A stretch of 40,375 nucleotides of DNA, taken from assembly GCA_002256025.1 (NCBI GenBank), contig NKIB01014815.1, positions 1 to 40,375 on the forward strand, in the 5' to 3' direction. The notes beneath the pieces are model-generated. The model saw only the letters and a list, made by a program, of their open reading frames with translations. It made no database searches and was not told where the DNA came from. Shown here in pieces: positions 1 through 10,467 of this stretch. Each line of letters opens with the position of its first letter. The first letter of the stretch is position 1. The DNA is from Asterionella formosa. Lineage: Eukaryota. Position numbers and translations under genes: made by a program.

Positions 1-244
1 GAAAGTCCTCCTAGGAACAATTATTGAGCAGCCATGATTTATTGTTCATTCCACTGCTTGCCTGACAAATTAAGAGGAGTAGCATGTACATGATCATCAG
101 TAGGCGCTCCACATGAAATTCATTTTAAGTAATTATAAATAATTGTACATACATATGTATGATTGGTTTCTACATTTATGTAGAATATTTACATTCCGGT
201 ATGTATATGAACAGAGATGTAATGTGAATGCATTCTATTGCTAT

Positions 245-346
245 GTACCGGTAAGCTCATACCGGCACCTGGTACCAGTACCTGGTTTTTTTCCAGGTAG
301 TATACTACCTCGTACCCTAGCATCAGGGTACCTGGTACCTGGTACG
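245..346. repeat. (GGTACCW)n cluster upstream of ABCF
   Basis: CACCTGGTACCAGTACCTGG and GGGTACCTGGTACCTGGTAC. Confidence 0.8.
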
Positions 347-579
347 GAGCACCGTGTCTTATCCATGTTGTTTATGTTCTTGTCTTGAATTCAATCTTTT
401 GCTACGATTCAAATCACTTTCAGTTCACAACTTCGATGACCGGGATTACCTCTACCGGTATGTACTGTACAAATCATAAAATAAAAAGTATTTCCGGCAA
501 GCTTACAATGATTGGAAACGAAGACAGGAAGCCACTACCGATAGTTATTAATAGCAATCGCAGCAGGCCTGAGGAGCAA

Positions 580-2985
580 ATGATAACTGACACGACGAAC
601 GATATTCAGCGCCTCGTTCAACGCTATGCTCCATCTGAAATGGACAATGACACAATAGAATACCTTGTAGCAGTTCTGCATGAGCAAGGCGATACGTTAG
701 ACTTGGTGCATATGCTAGGAGATGTATTAGATGCTGGCACAGCAAGTGAGCTCGCTGCAGATATTGCTAAGCTCAAGGCTACAAATGCTACCGTTTCCGT
801 GATACCATCAAGCCCCAAGCAGCGACAAGCAACTGATCGACCGCTCAGCCCAGGGTTCAACGAAATATCCGATTCATCCGATAATGAATCAAGCATGCAC
901 CAATCTGACAAGGAGGACAAGAAAAGGGCACGTGAGGTCAAGAAGCTCGAGCGTCAGCGACGTAAAGACGCCAAGAAGCAAGAGTTGTTAAAAGTAGCTA
1001 AGCTTGATGACATCAAGGAAGACTTTGTTGACGACGATATCAGTGCATGGCAAGAAGCTCAGGAGAAAGGGCAAACTTGGGGCGGTCGAGGTCGAGGAGG
1101 CCGAGGAGTAAGGGGAGATGTCAACTCATACACAAATATACACCTTTCAAATGTGACACTCCAGTTCGCGGGCAACGAGCTTTTGCGGTCGTCCACAATT
1201 CAAATTACCGGAGGACATCGATATGGACTAGTCGGTCGTAATGGCGTAGGAAAGTCGACGTTGCTCAGAAGATTGTCTGCTCATGCTATTCCCGGGATTC
1301 CACATGATTTAAGAATCCTATTGGTCAATCAGCAAGTGGATGGTGGCGATGAAACCGTTCTTGATCACCTCTTGCAAGCTGATAAGAACAGAGTTGCTTT
1401 GTTGAAAGAGCAAGAAGAAATTGAGGCACAACTTTTGGAACAGGGAAACAATGTCAATGATTTGGTAACACGATTGGGTGAAATTTTTGCAGAACTAGAT
1501 TTAATGGAGTCGGACCTGGCCGAAGAGAAAGCAATTGAAATCTTGACCGGATTGAAGTTCTCAAAATCTATGATGAAGGCCCCAACATCAGCTTTGTCTG
1601 GTGGCTGGCGAATGCGCTTGGCGCTTGCACAGGCCCTGTTTGTTCCTTGTGACCTGCTGCTGCTGGATGAGCCATCGAACCATTTGGACCTTCACGCCTT
1701 GACATGGCTAACCAACTATTTGAAAATGAGCAATCACACTGTGATTTTGGTGTCCCATGATCGAGGCTTTCTCGATGTTTGCACTGATATAATTTTGTTT
1801 GAACACCAAAAGCTGACTTATTTCTCTGGTAGCTACTCGTCTTATGAGCGGCGAATGGAAGAGAAAGCAGCTCAACAAACTCAAATGCTTGATGCCAACG
1901 AGCGAAGACGAACTAAAGCAATGGCATTTATTCAAAAGCAACAAGGCATGGGCGACAAGAAGAATGCAGACCCAAATAAGCAACGCCAAGCCAAGATGAT
2001 GAAGGAGAAGAAACTCGAAAGAATCGGTAATTACCGTGAGGATGGTCATAGATACAAGAATTTTAGTCTCGCCAAGCTCAGTGAGGACTATGTGCGTTTA
2101 GCCCAGAAGGTTCACATCGAAGCTGATGAGCCGGTAATAAAGATGACCTTTCCTATTCCCAAATATTCTCCTGGCATGACCACTACTGGGACATCATTAA
2201 TCAAGATGGAGAATTTGACTTTTGGATACAGTGCGGACAAGCCTGCTTTGTTGAATGAACTGACTTTGGACTTAACTCGAGAAAGTAAAGTTGCCCTAGT
2301 TGGACCAAATGGAGCTGGTAAATCCACCCTACTAAAGCTGATCATTGGGGAGCTAGTTTCAATGAATGAAATTCACGAGACAACATGTGATCTTTGGCGA
2401 CACCCCAACCTCCGAGTCGGCCATATGACTCAATACTCCATTGAAGAATTGGAAGAGTATAAGGAATTGACCGTTTTAGAGTATGCAGAAAAAACAATCA
2501 TTAAGCGCCACGCATCTTCGCACGGAGGGGTACGTCAATATCTTGGTGCATTTGGTCTTGGAGGAAAGCTTGCGCACCGCCAGATTGGAAGTCTTTCTGG
2601 GGGAGAACGAATGCGACTCTGCTTTGCCACTGTGCTTGCTGAAGAACCTCATCTCTTGGTGCTAGACGAGCCATCAAATCACTTGGACATGGAGACCTTG
2701 GACTCACTATCACGAGCACTTAATAATTTTCAAGGGGCTGTGATCATTGTGAGTCACAACCAAAGCTTTTTAAGCGGCTTTTGTAAGGAATTATGGGTAA
2801 TTGAGGATGGCAAAATCGATATCAGACACAGTGATACCCAAACTTTTGACGAACTTTTTGATGGCTATAGGAGCGAAATTATGATAAACTCAAGATCCGG
2901 CAAGAGGCAAATGAAGGCTGCCATGGCCAAGCAGGCAACAAAGCAAAAAGCTGGGGCAACAACAGGTACGGGTTTTATTCCATAA
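580..2985 (+). CDS. ABC-F family ATPase (ABCF3/GCN20-like), soluble, two nucleotide-binding domains
   Basis: Two Walker A motifs (GRNGVGKST, GPNGAGKST), two signatures (LSGGWRMR, LSGGERMR), two Walker B motifs (LLLDEPSNHLD, LVLDEPSNHLD) and two H-loops (VSHDR, VSHNQ); no transmembrane domains. Start placed at ATG 580; in-frame ATG 508 is an alternative and the track's TTG start at 385 is unlikely. Confidence 0.92.
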   Translation: MITDTTNDIQRLVQRYAPSEMDNDTIEYLVAVLHEQGDTLDLVHMLGDVLDAGTASELAADIAKLKATNATVSVIPSSPKQRQATDRPLSPGFNEISDSSDNESSMHQSDKEDKKRAREVKKLERQRRKDAKKQELLKVAKLDDIKEDFVDDDISAWQEAQEKGQTWGGRGRGGRGVRGDVNSYTNIHLSNVTLQFAGNELLRSSTIQITGGHRYGLVGRNGVGKSTLLRRLSAHAIPGIPHDLRILLVNQQVDGGDETVLDHLLQADKNRVALLKEQEEIEAQLLEQGNNVNDLVTRLGEIFAELDLMESDLAEEKAIEILTGLKFSKSMMKAPTSALSGGWRMRLALAQALFVPCDLLLLDEPSNHLDLHALTWLTNYLKMSNHTVILVSHDRGFLDVCTDIILFEHQKLTYFSGSYSSYERRMEEKAAQQTQMLDANERRRTKAMAFIQKQQGMGDKKNADPNKQRQAKMMKEKKLERIGNYREDGHRYKNFSLAKLSEDYVRLAQKVHIEADEPVIKMTFPIPKYSPGMTTTGTSLIKMENLTFGYSADKPALLNELTLDLTRESKVALVGPNGAGKSTLLKLIIGELVSMNEIHETTCDLWRHPNLRVGHMTQYSIEELEEYKELTVLEYAEKTIIKRHASSHGGVRQYLGAFGLGGKLAHRQIGSLSGGERMRLCFATVLAEEPHLLVLDEPSNHLDMETLDSLSRALNNFQGAVIIVSHNQSFLSGFCKELWVIEDGKIDIRHSDTQTFDELFDGYRSEIMINSRSGKRQMKAAMAKQATKQKAGATTGTGFIP

Positions 2986-3248
2986 AATATCTAGAAATGA
3001 TTCCTGATTTCTTTATGAAGGTCAGATATCCGGATAGACCGTTATAAATAGGTAAAATGCAAAAGCTTCCGGTATACGTACGATGCATTTGTCGTACATA
3101 AATAAATAATAGGGGCTTACGGTATTTTATTTTACTGTGACACGCACATTATGTTGGTTTTTTTATTTTTCCGGTCATGGAAGGATTTGAATGACCACAC
3201 TCCCTGCTTCCATCGACTCCGCCCTTCAACACGGTGGAGGGTAAAGCT

Positions 3249-4187
3249 ATGCAGTTCTCCGCAACTTTACTGTGCCTGCTTATTGCCCTTATCAATATCC
3301 AAAAGGGCGCATCCCTGAAACCTGCTGCTGATATTACTGCAAGGATATCAAGACGAGAGCTCTTTCAGGCAACTACTTCAGCTACTGTGGCCCTCTCTAC
3401 GCTGCCATATGCAGCCGTCGGGGCAACCTCTATCGCTAGTCGTCTATCTTCAGATAATATCAGCATTCCTTCGCCTTCATACGCTACAGAATTGAATGGC
3501 GTCGACAATCTTTACTTCCCCAATTTCATGGAAGGAGCATGGGCTGTCACTCAAACATTGGTAAATGTATCCACTCCGTTGGGTCTCAAATATGTTGGCG
3601 GTCCAAATGGGCTGGAGCGGATTGCAGCAGAAACTATGGCAGAAGCCAGCAAGCAGGTGGGAAAACCTGTCAACTTGAAACTGAGATTCGTTGGTACGAG
3701 ATGGGGTGTAGCTGAAGACCGAATCTACAATACGAAACAAAGGTTGGACGCTTTTGCTGGCAGGTCCGTTGTATCCTCTGTGGAATATTCTAATGTGAGC
3801 GGATCAAATAGAGCTTCAGTACTTGCCATGGGAGGTACTGAGGAAGATCCTCTTCAAACAACGTTTGTTCGTTTCAAGGGACCGGCAGCCCAAAAGACCT
3901 TTGTCGTTTCCCATGGATCACAGGCTTTAAGTGACTCGCAGTGGGTTGCATACGAGCTTGATAGGGGAATTTTCGCATTAACAAACCAAAACACAGCTCC
4001 TCCGCTTACGACAGACTCAGAAATCATTTGGATGCTAGAGAAACGAGATGACAATTATGTTCAGGGAAAACTTAGAATTGCGGGCTACTTGAATCCAAAC
4101 TCAGATGTTCTGTATTTTGATGCAAGACAACGGGCTGTTTCGATTCAAGATTACACAATGGACTTCAAGAGAGAAAAACAGCAATGA
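3249..4187 (+). CDS. DUF6816-like protein, probably plastid/thylakoid-targeted
   Basis: Signal peptide MQFSATLLCLLIALI..., then a twin-Arg-like SRRELFQ plus hydrophobic stretch; domain start 'LYFPNFMEGAWAVTQTLVNVSTPLG' and 'EDRIYN' resemble DUF6816 proteins (recognised from memory). Confidence 0.65.
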   Translation: MQFSATLLCLLIALINIQKGASLKPAADITARISRRELFQATTSATVALSTLPYAAVGATSIASRLSSDNISIPSPSYATELNGVDNLYFPNFMEGAWAVTQTLVNVSTPLGLKYVGGPNGLERIAAETMAEASKQVGKPVNLKLRFVGTRWGVAEDRIYNTKQRLDAFAGRSVVSSVEYSNVSGSNRASVLAMGGTEEDPLQTTFVRFKGPAAQKTFVVSHGSQALSDSQWVAYELDRGIFALTNQNTAPPLTTDSEIIWMLEKRDDNYVQGKLRIAGYLNPNSDVLYFDARQRAVSIQDYTMDFKREKQQ

Positions 4188-4207
4188 TCATAACTCAATG
4201 ATTATTA

Positions 4208-5593
4208 TTATTCGCTTTCATCGTCATCGTCCCCCGATACATTGACAGCCTCAGTTTCACTGTCACTGTCATCTTCCTCATCTACTTCACCACCACCTCG
4301 TCTCAACTCACCCATAGCATTTTCTTCCCGTTCGTTGATACGTTGCTTCTTTCGTTCATTCTTTTCTTCTTTAATTTTGCGCTTGCGCTCCACGTTTTGG
4401 TTTTGCTCGGCTCGGCGTTGAATCTTGAGCATGGCTTCTTTTTCTTTTCGTGCTTTCAAGTCTCGGACTTCCTCCTGTGTCTTGGTAACGTGTGCGTGGT
4501 ACATGACATCACCACCGCCAAGGCCACGTTCAACCTTGACCAGTTGGAGCGACATTCGGGGACCCAGCTCAACGAGCTTCAAAGCAGACTTTTGCTGTTT
4601 TAGATTTCCACGGCCGCAGTATTTTTGAGGAAGCACTACATGAGAGGTTTCATCTTCCGGCTCCGAGTCACTGGCCGCACCTGACTGAGTCGAAGCAGAC
4701 GGTGCTAGTTCCCCAGACTCAGTGGCTCCAGTGAGATAGTCAGCAATGTCATTGAGCTTGTTCAAATTAGGTATTTTGGTCTGAATAATTCGTCGTACCT
4801 TTCTATTGATTCCCACTGGGGTCGCCTTGATGGCGTAGTGCCGCACTTCCACGACATGTTGGGGTTCACCGTCTTCCCCAGGTTCTTCGAGCATGTTGAA
4901 CATGACTACTCGCCTACAGTCGGATAGCTTGACAGCTGCCACGTTAATGGCTGGAAACATATTTTGAAATGTAATTCGCATCAACTTGACATGTGGAGCC
5001 GCAGTTGCATCTCCAAAATTGTTTGTCACAACGATGGGTGGGTGCTGGTGAATTCCAGGTGACGTGTATGGTCGTCGCTGAATAGCGCGGACATGTTTGC
5101 CCAAACTGAACTGCCTGACTCTAAAACTCATAGTAGGGCCCTCTGGAACACGAGCTAATCGAAGGTTCAAGCGTTCTTCATTCTGGCTGAAGGCGAGAAT
5201 GTGCGACACGCCCATTGGCATGGCAAGCTCCTTTGCGTAGGTACCCAGAGTCATCTTTCGATTCTTGGCATCTTCCTTGAAATGCAAAGCAGTAAAGGGA
5301 AGCATGACCTTGCGGAAGTCGTCTACTAACTCAACCACTTCGGATTCGACCTTTCCTCGGCGAACCTTTTGTTACGAAGAGCAATCGATGGACGATGAGT
5401 GTGTGATGTTAGCAAATGGAGGTCAAGTATGTTGCAAAAAGTGTCGTCGTTCGGGTGCCTGAACTGAACACAAACCTACCACTAAAGATTTTGGAACTTT
5501 GAGATCCTGTGATGATGATAGTGCAGATGCGGCTGTCTCGTCCTCGACGGCATGGGTCCTTGTCTTCTTTCGTCGACGTCCTACTTTCGGCAT
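4208..5593 (-). CDS. PPAN: Brix-domain ribosome biogenesis factor PETER PAN/Ssf1; exons 5593-5480 and 5365-4208
   Basis: N-terminus MPKVGRRRKKTRTH...VPKSLV, intron 5479-5366 (GTAGGT...AAAAG) joins in frame to VRRGKVESEVVELVDDFRKVMLP; motifs 'RVPEGPTMSFRV', 'ITFQNMFPAIN' and the Brix motif 'LKLVELGPRMSLQLVKVERG'. Confidence 0.92.
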
Positions 5594-6047
5594 GGTCAAG
5601 TTCTGCCTTGGTTCGAGGCAGGGGAAGGAAATTGAGACTAATTTCGTTCTCCAACCCTCCTCGGTGCCGGTAATCATCGCTGTGAAGCAAGGAAGCTGAA
5701 ACACGAACCAAAAATCACTGGTCCTGATTGTGCATTAAGTTTCCGGGTACCCTTGTACATAGTATGTAGATTTAATGCAGCGAATAATTTTTTTCCTCCA
5801 TTATCATACTACAGTATTTACTATACCCGGTTGAGTACTCCGGTACTGGTACCACCAGGTACCAGTTACCTAAGGTACTACTTTAGCATGCAATTAACAT
5901 AAGGAAGCAATCAAAGGCAGACGGCAACAAGAAGGAAATCAAGATTTGATGGACGATGTACTGGTATATACCGCACATACCGGTAGGTATGTACAGAAAT
6001 ATTGCATACTAGGGTTATTATAATTTAACAATCAACACTTCCTTCAT

Positions 6048-6127
6048 GACATCGTGGCCGAGCGGTCTAAGGCGCAACGTTAAGGCCGTTGTCTTCATAG
6101 GCGTGGGTTCAAATCCCACCGATGTCA
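6048..6127 (+). tRNA. tRNA-Leu(AAG)
   Basis: Acceptor stem GACATCG/CGATGTC+A, D-arm TGGCCGAGCGGTCTAAGGC, anticodon stem CAACG/CGTTG with loop TT-AAG-GC, long variable arm, T-arm GTGGG-TTCAAAT-CCCAC, followed by a T-rich Pol III terminator. Confidence 0.95.
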
Positions 6128-6732
6128 TTCTTTTGTTTCGCGAAACCGTTGCCGCCATAATTTTCAATCAGTGGAATTATCTGAAGCACAACTGCAAGCT
6201 TTCTCTGCTCCAATGATGTTACAGATTCCAGCCACCTTCTTTCTCTCCTTCTTTTATATCCCACTGGGTCAACATCACCAATTCTAGCTGCCTGTTTGAC
6301 AAACCACACACATTGGAACTCACAACATTATGAAGTTCAGTATGCATACATGTATGAAACATGGCACCAGTGGCTACCGCCGGGAATGTTGAAACTCTAG
6401 CTAGTACGTACTAGGAGTGGATAACATCGGACACATGATCTAGACTTATGGGACCAGCAGGTAGACCCTAGTAGCAGCCAGTACCTGGGTACCTGGTACT
6501 GTAGCTGGTGTCTATATTTTAGTATAGGAGCACAACTCTATGACGATCGCGTTCTTTTATCAATTCATTCAGTAGGAGTACCAGGTACCGAATCAAAGGC
6601 ATTGTGACTACATTCAATTAATAATAGTATACCGGCATCATCTGGTCATCATATCGGTATCCATACCGGGTAACCATATCATGTTTTAGTGCGTGGTTTG
6701 GTTATGAGAGACGAATGAATACCGGTACCAGG

Positions 6733-6927
6733 TGAAGTATCTAACTAGAAGTAGTAGTATTTGTTGAATATATGAGCTTATTTATTAATCCTTATGTACA
6801 ATTCATTTCCTGAACTGACATCAAAGTATAGAATGGGTGTTAGTCGAGTTCTCTCATTATTGAATTCCGATATATTTGATATAACCCTAACCCTATATAC
6901 ATCTGTATCGATGTGCAGGATTGCTCA
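6733..6927 (-). mobile_element. 3' LTR (~195 bp, TG...CA) of a Ty3/Gypsy remnant
   Basis: The minus strand starts TGAGCAATCC and ends GATACTTCA. It is immediately preceded by a purine-rich tract (AAGTGTGGGAGAG, 6940-6928) and integrase sequence, and is homologous to 39451-39647 in the opposite orientation. Confidence 0.88.
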
Positions 6928-6956
6928 CTCTCCCACACTTGAGGGAAAAACTTTTA

Positions 6957-7663
6957 CCTATGAAAAGGTTTGATACGACGAATATTAATTCGTTCTGTAA
7001 TATGCATAGTGCGTTGAAAAGTAACTGTACCATTGGTATGTACTTGAATAATAGTATAAGAACCTCATCCATGATCATCCAAAGTAGTAGGATTATCCAA
7101 TAATATTAAAATCTCGTCACCCACTTTGTAATCATAAGATCGATGACGGAAATTTAACACGATGTAAACGTTCGTCAATTATCACTTGTCGACGTTGATA
7201 TATTAATTGTAAATCTGTAATCAAAGGAATATTTAATATCATACTATCACGGCCGTTGAAAAACCCATGCTCCTGGTGAAATACGTAATATACTATGAAT
7301 AGTAGCTCGAGCTGCATATGACGCAGCTGCAAAACATGTATCCACAATATTTTGGGCTTGAAATTCATTGATTGGAGGATGAGCCTGTAACATAACTCGT
7401 AGACTATTGCTGATAGATTGATGTAAACATTCACAGATAGCATTTGCTTGGGGATTCTTTACTGTAGTAGTCACATCTTTGATTCCATTCAATACTAACA
7501 TTTGTAAGAAAGGAACACCAGTAAATTCACCTCCATTGTCATGTATACAACGTTCTGGACGGGGATATCCTCTGGCGAACCAATCATTTTCAAATTTCAT
7601 CGCAATATATTCTGATGTTTTGTTGGTGATACGTGAAATTTCTGCTAAATTGGTGACTGTCAA
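6957..7663 (-). pseudogene. Degenerate Gypsy integrase core and C-terminus (5'-truncated pol)
   Basis: 'WFARGYPRPERCIHDNGGEFTG', 'KNPQANAICECLHQ', 'ISPGAWVF', then frameshifted 'RDSMILNIP' and 'YKVGDEILI...IIQVHTNGTVT...ERINIRRIKPF'; contains frameshifts and stops. Confidence 0.88.
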
Positions 7664-8041
7664 TAAAAGAAAATTAAATCCCGCTATACTCCTGTTTGAT
7701 TATATGATACACTACATAGCTAACCGGTCTGCATGTTCGGACAAATATTTGCAATATTCGGACTTTCCCGGAACTCCCAGGTTCTGCTTGGTACCTGGTA
7801 CCAACTATACCTACCAGCTACTTTCCCAGGTACATACGATGTGACAGGAAGGCTACCACCTATGTTAATGGTACAGGTATGTACGGTGAAATTCATATTG
7901 GGGCGGTGCAGCATGGAACATTGTAAAGAACATGTGAGTAGGTGTGATTGGTGAGAATCGCATGCGAGTAAAAAAATTCGATTTTCACACTTCACAAAAG
8001 TTGACATTAAAAGACTTCTGAGAATACTACACGAACCCGAA

Positions 8042-8845
8042 ATGATAATGAGGAAAATATCTTGTCTCAGTTTGTTGGTTACCCTGCAAGAATCCAACTT
8101 GGTTGCGTTTGCGCTTCAACATCAACGATCTTCCGCAAGAAATGTAGTCAAGAAGTGGGCAGGAACTGCCGCATTAGCCACGACACTCATTGCAAGCCCC
8201 TTCCTATTCCCACAGGTCTCTATAGCGGCTGACGTACCAGCCGGGGCGTTGGTTCTAAACGTTGATGTGTCTGACCCTCAGTCACTTGTAAAGTCAGCGT
8301 TTCAACATCGTAACGGAATAATGGCTGCTGCGAAGCAGTTTTTGCAATCAGTCAAAACGCTTGGCGCAGACTTGGATGGCGTTGTACCTCCAGATGCTGC
8401 TAGCGCTTCTTTTCAGCTTCCTTCAGACCTGAAAGTTGCCGCTCGAGACGCTGCGAGTGGACAGGCTCGAATCTTGTTGAATGGTTCGCCAATATACTTT
8501 GAGGTTGAGTCGGAACAGGAGCTATTGGCAATTCGTGTTTTAATTTCATCTCCGATTCTTCCCAAGATCCCCTTTTTGACGCCTTCACAAGAGGCTTTGC
8601 AGATTCCCGCCACATTTCGTATGGAGAAACCCAAAGCTGCTGTAGTGGCGGTATCGACGAAACAAGTAGGATTCCTTGACCGCATCATTACAGTACCAGG
8701 AACCTCCGCCGAATTCACTTTCTTGCAAGCAATCCAAGGCGTGTTGATTGCTATCCCTTCTGCTTATGTGTTGTCATATTCGTATTATATATGGGAAAAA
8801 CAAGATAACGCCAGTCAGGCTGCTGCCAGAAAGAAGAAGTCTTAG
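8042..8845 (+). CDS. Orphan putative plastid/thylakoid membrane protein, short paralog A
   Basis: Signal peptide, then VVKKW and a second hydrophobic signal ending SIAA; the following domain aligns with 10468-12420 (e.g. 'AAKQFLQSVKTLG', 'AARDAASG', 'NGSPIYFEV'); TM helix near the C-terminus. Confidence 0.75.
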   Translation: MIMRKISCLSLLVTLQESNLVAFALQHQRSSARNVVKKWAGTAALATTLIASPFLFPQVSIAADVPAGALVLNVDVSDPQSLVKSAFQHRNGIMAAAKQFLQSVKTLGADLDGVVPPDAASASFQLPSDLKVAARDAASGQARILLNGSPIYFEVESEQELLAIRVLISSPILPKIPFLTPSQEALQIPATFRMEKPKAAVVAVSTKQVGFLDRIITVPGTSAEFTFLQAIQGVLIAIPSAYVLSYSYYIWEKQDNASQAAARKKKS

Positions 8846-10467
8846 CTGAATGTCAAGGCCGATCGGGTTCGCATCATTGCTGAACGCTAGTAGTACGACA
8901 AGCTACCTGGTACCTTCATAGACGAATTAAAAGATATCTCTATTCCAGCTGCACCTTCAGTATTTACATGGTGTTAGCCTAGTTGCCAGACATCACTTCT
9001 ACTTCAAACTTGTGTCGATCATGCAGAATGGTGGTTGTAATGCACTTGGTGTATTTATTCAATGTGCATTGTCTATAGGTGTTGCTGGATCTGATGAGGT
9101 TTGGTTCAGGTGAACTAAAAATATTTATTTGCTGCTCCAAGGCGCCAGGAGAAAACCGATCCTGCCACTTTACCATCCTGTCCCATCCATGTGGGGTGCT
9201 TGGGAGGCATCATGGGAGGATTCTAACTCCTCTCACCACTTCACTTGTTCAGGAGTGGTGCTGAGGCACCCCCTCATCCTTGAGTTTCATGGTGTCTGGT
9301 GAGGCACCCCACCCCTATCTGTGTCCAGCCCCAGTCTTGACCAGTACTTGGTCTGCCCTACCCATTGGGGCATTGGCCCATGGAGCAAACTAAAATTCAT
9401 GAGTTAAAAAACAATCATCAGAAGCAAGTATGTACATATGTAGGATGAAATACTGGTATTTGTGCAAAACAAAGCATTGCTTATGCTACCAGTGGTACCA
9501 GTAGCAGTCATTTGACTTCTTTTCTGCAAAGAAACTTACATATACAGCTAAGCACATTAGGTATGATGATGCTACCATGAGAAATTTTCAAATCCTAATT
9601 GATATGGAACCATTCATTATTGGTTGTTTTCATCACTTTGGCTGGAAAAGGAGAACAATTTTGAGTTTGGAGAGAATAACAAAGCAAGGTAGCTCAGCAA
9701 GACTTGTTGTTTGTTGCTTACTTTTCCTTTCTTTTGCTTTGGGCTGCGCCTCTATTGCCCCAGTCACTGTCATTTTTTTTCAGCCATTTGCCTCATTTTG
9801 ACATTTCTATGTTTAGATGAAATAAATATTTACATTACTAACAAGTCATGATACTGTCGATTCAAAGAGAGAGTTGATGATGTTCTCTATTTAGTCATTT
9901 TGAGCGCCTTTCCTGAGTCATGCATGTTGTCCATTTCAGCAAGCAAAATTACTGCAACTTGCAGGTACCTGATGGTGCTACATTAACGTTACAAGACTAA
10001 GATCTTCATAGTCCCCATGTGAAGGTAGCTCGTGAGGGACTCAACAAGTGCACATATGATGGCTTTGTAACAGGAAAGAAATTCGATTATCGGCATGTGA
10101 ATGGAGAGAGGAGAGAGGAGTACCAGTACAAGTACATGAAATGCATCAACGCATGTAAAGTGTTCAAATCGGAATGGCAACAAAGAACCAGTGCACAAAA
10201 ATAAATATATCATCATTGTTTCTGTCTCTATGATATGAATTTGAAAATTCTTATCCATACCGGAATATATTTAAACAAAATATAAATCCGAAGGAGTCCT
10301 CGATGTTGGCTGGCATCACTTATGTGTGATGTATCATTCTGTCATCATCCTATGTACAATCCTACCTACCTGTACATTTATTGTTTTCCTTACCACGCAA
10401 GCCTGAAGGTCTCGGCCTACTTCCATTACTTTTGCAGAATCTTTGTTTTTCTGCTGGAACATTGAAA

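Noticed and set aside
385..579. N-terminal extension of ABCF from the TTG start given in the ORF track
   Set aside because: Non-ATG start in AT-rich promoter-like sequence; the same applies to the track starts at 3234, 10381, 32069, 35507 and 39152.
9085..9165. Hammerhead ribozyme (CTGATGA core) or SECIS element
   Set aside because: No GAAA follows a closable stem II and there is no stem III/NUH site; the SECIS helix pairing is poor and no in-frame TGA gene lies upstream.
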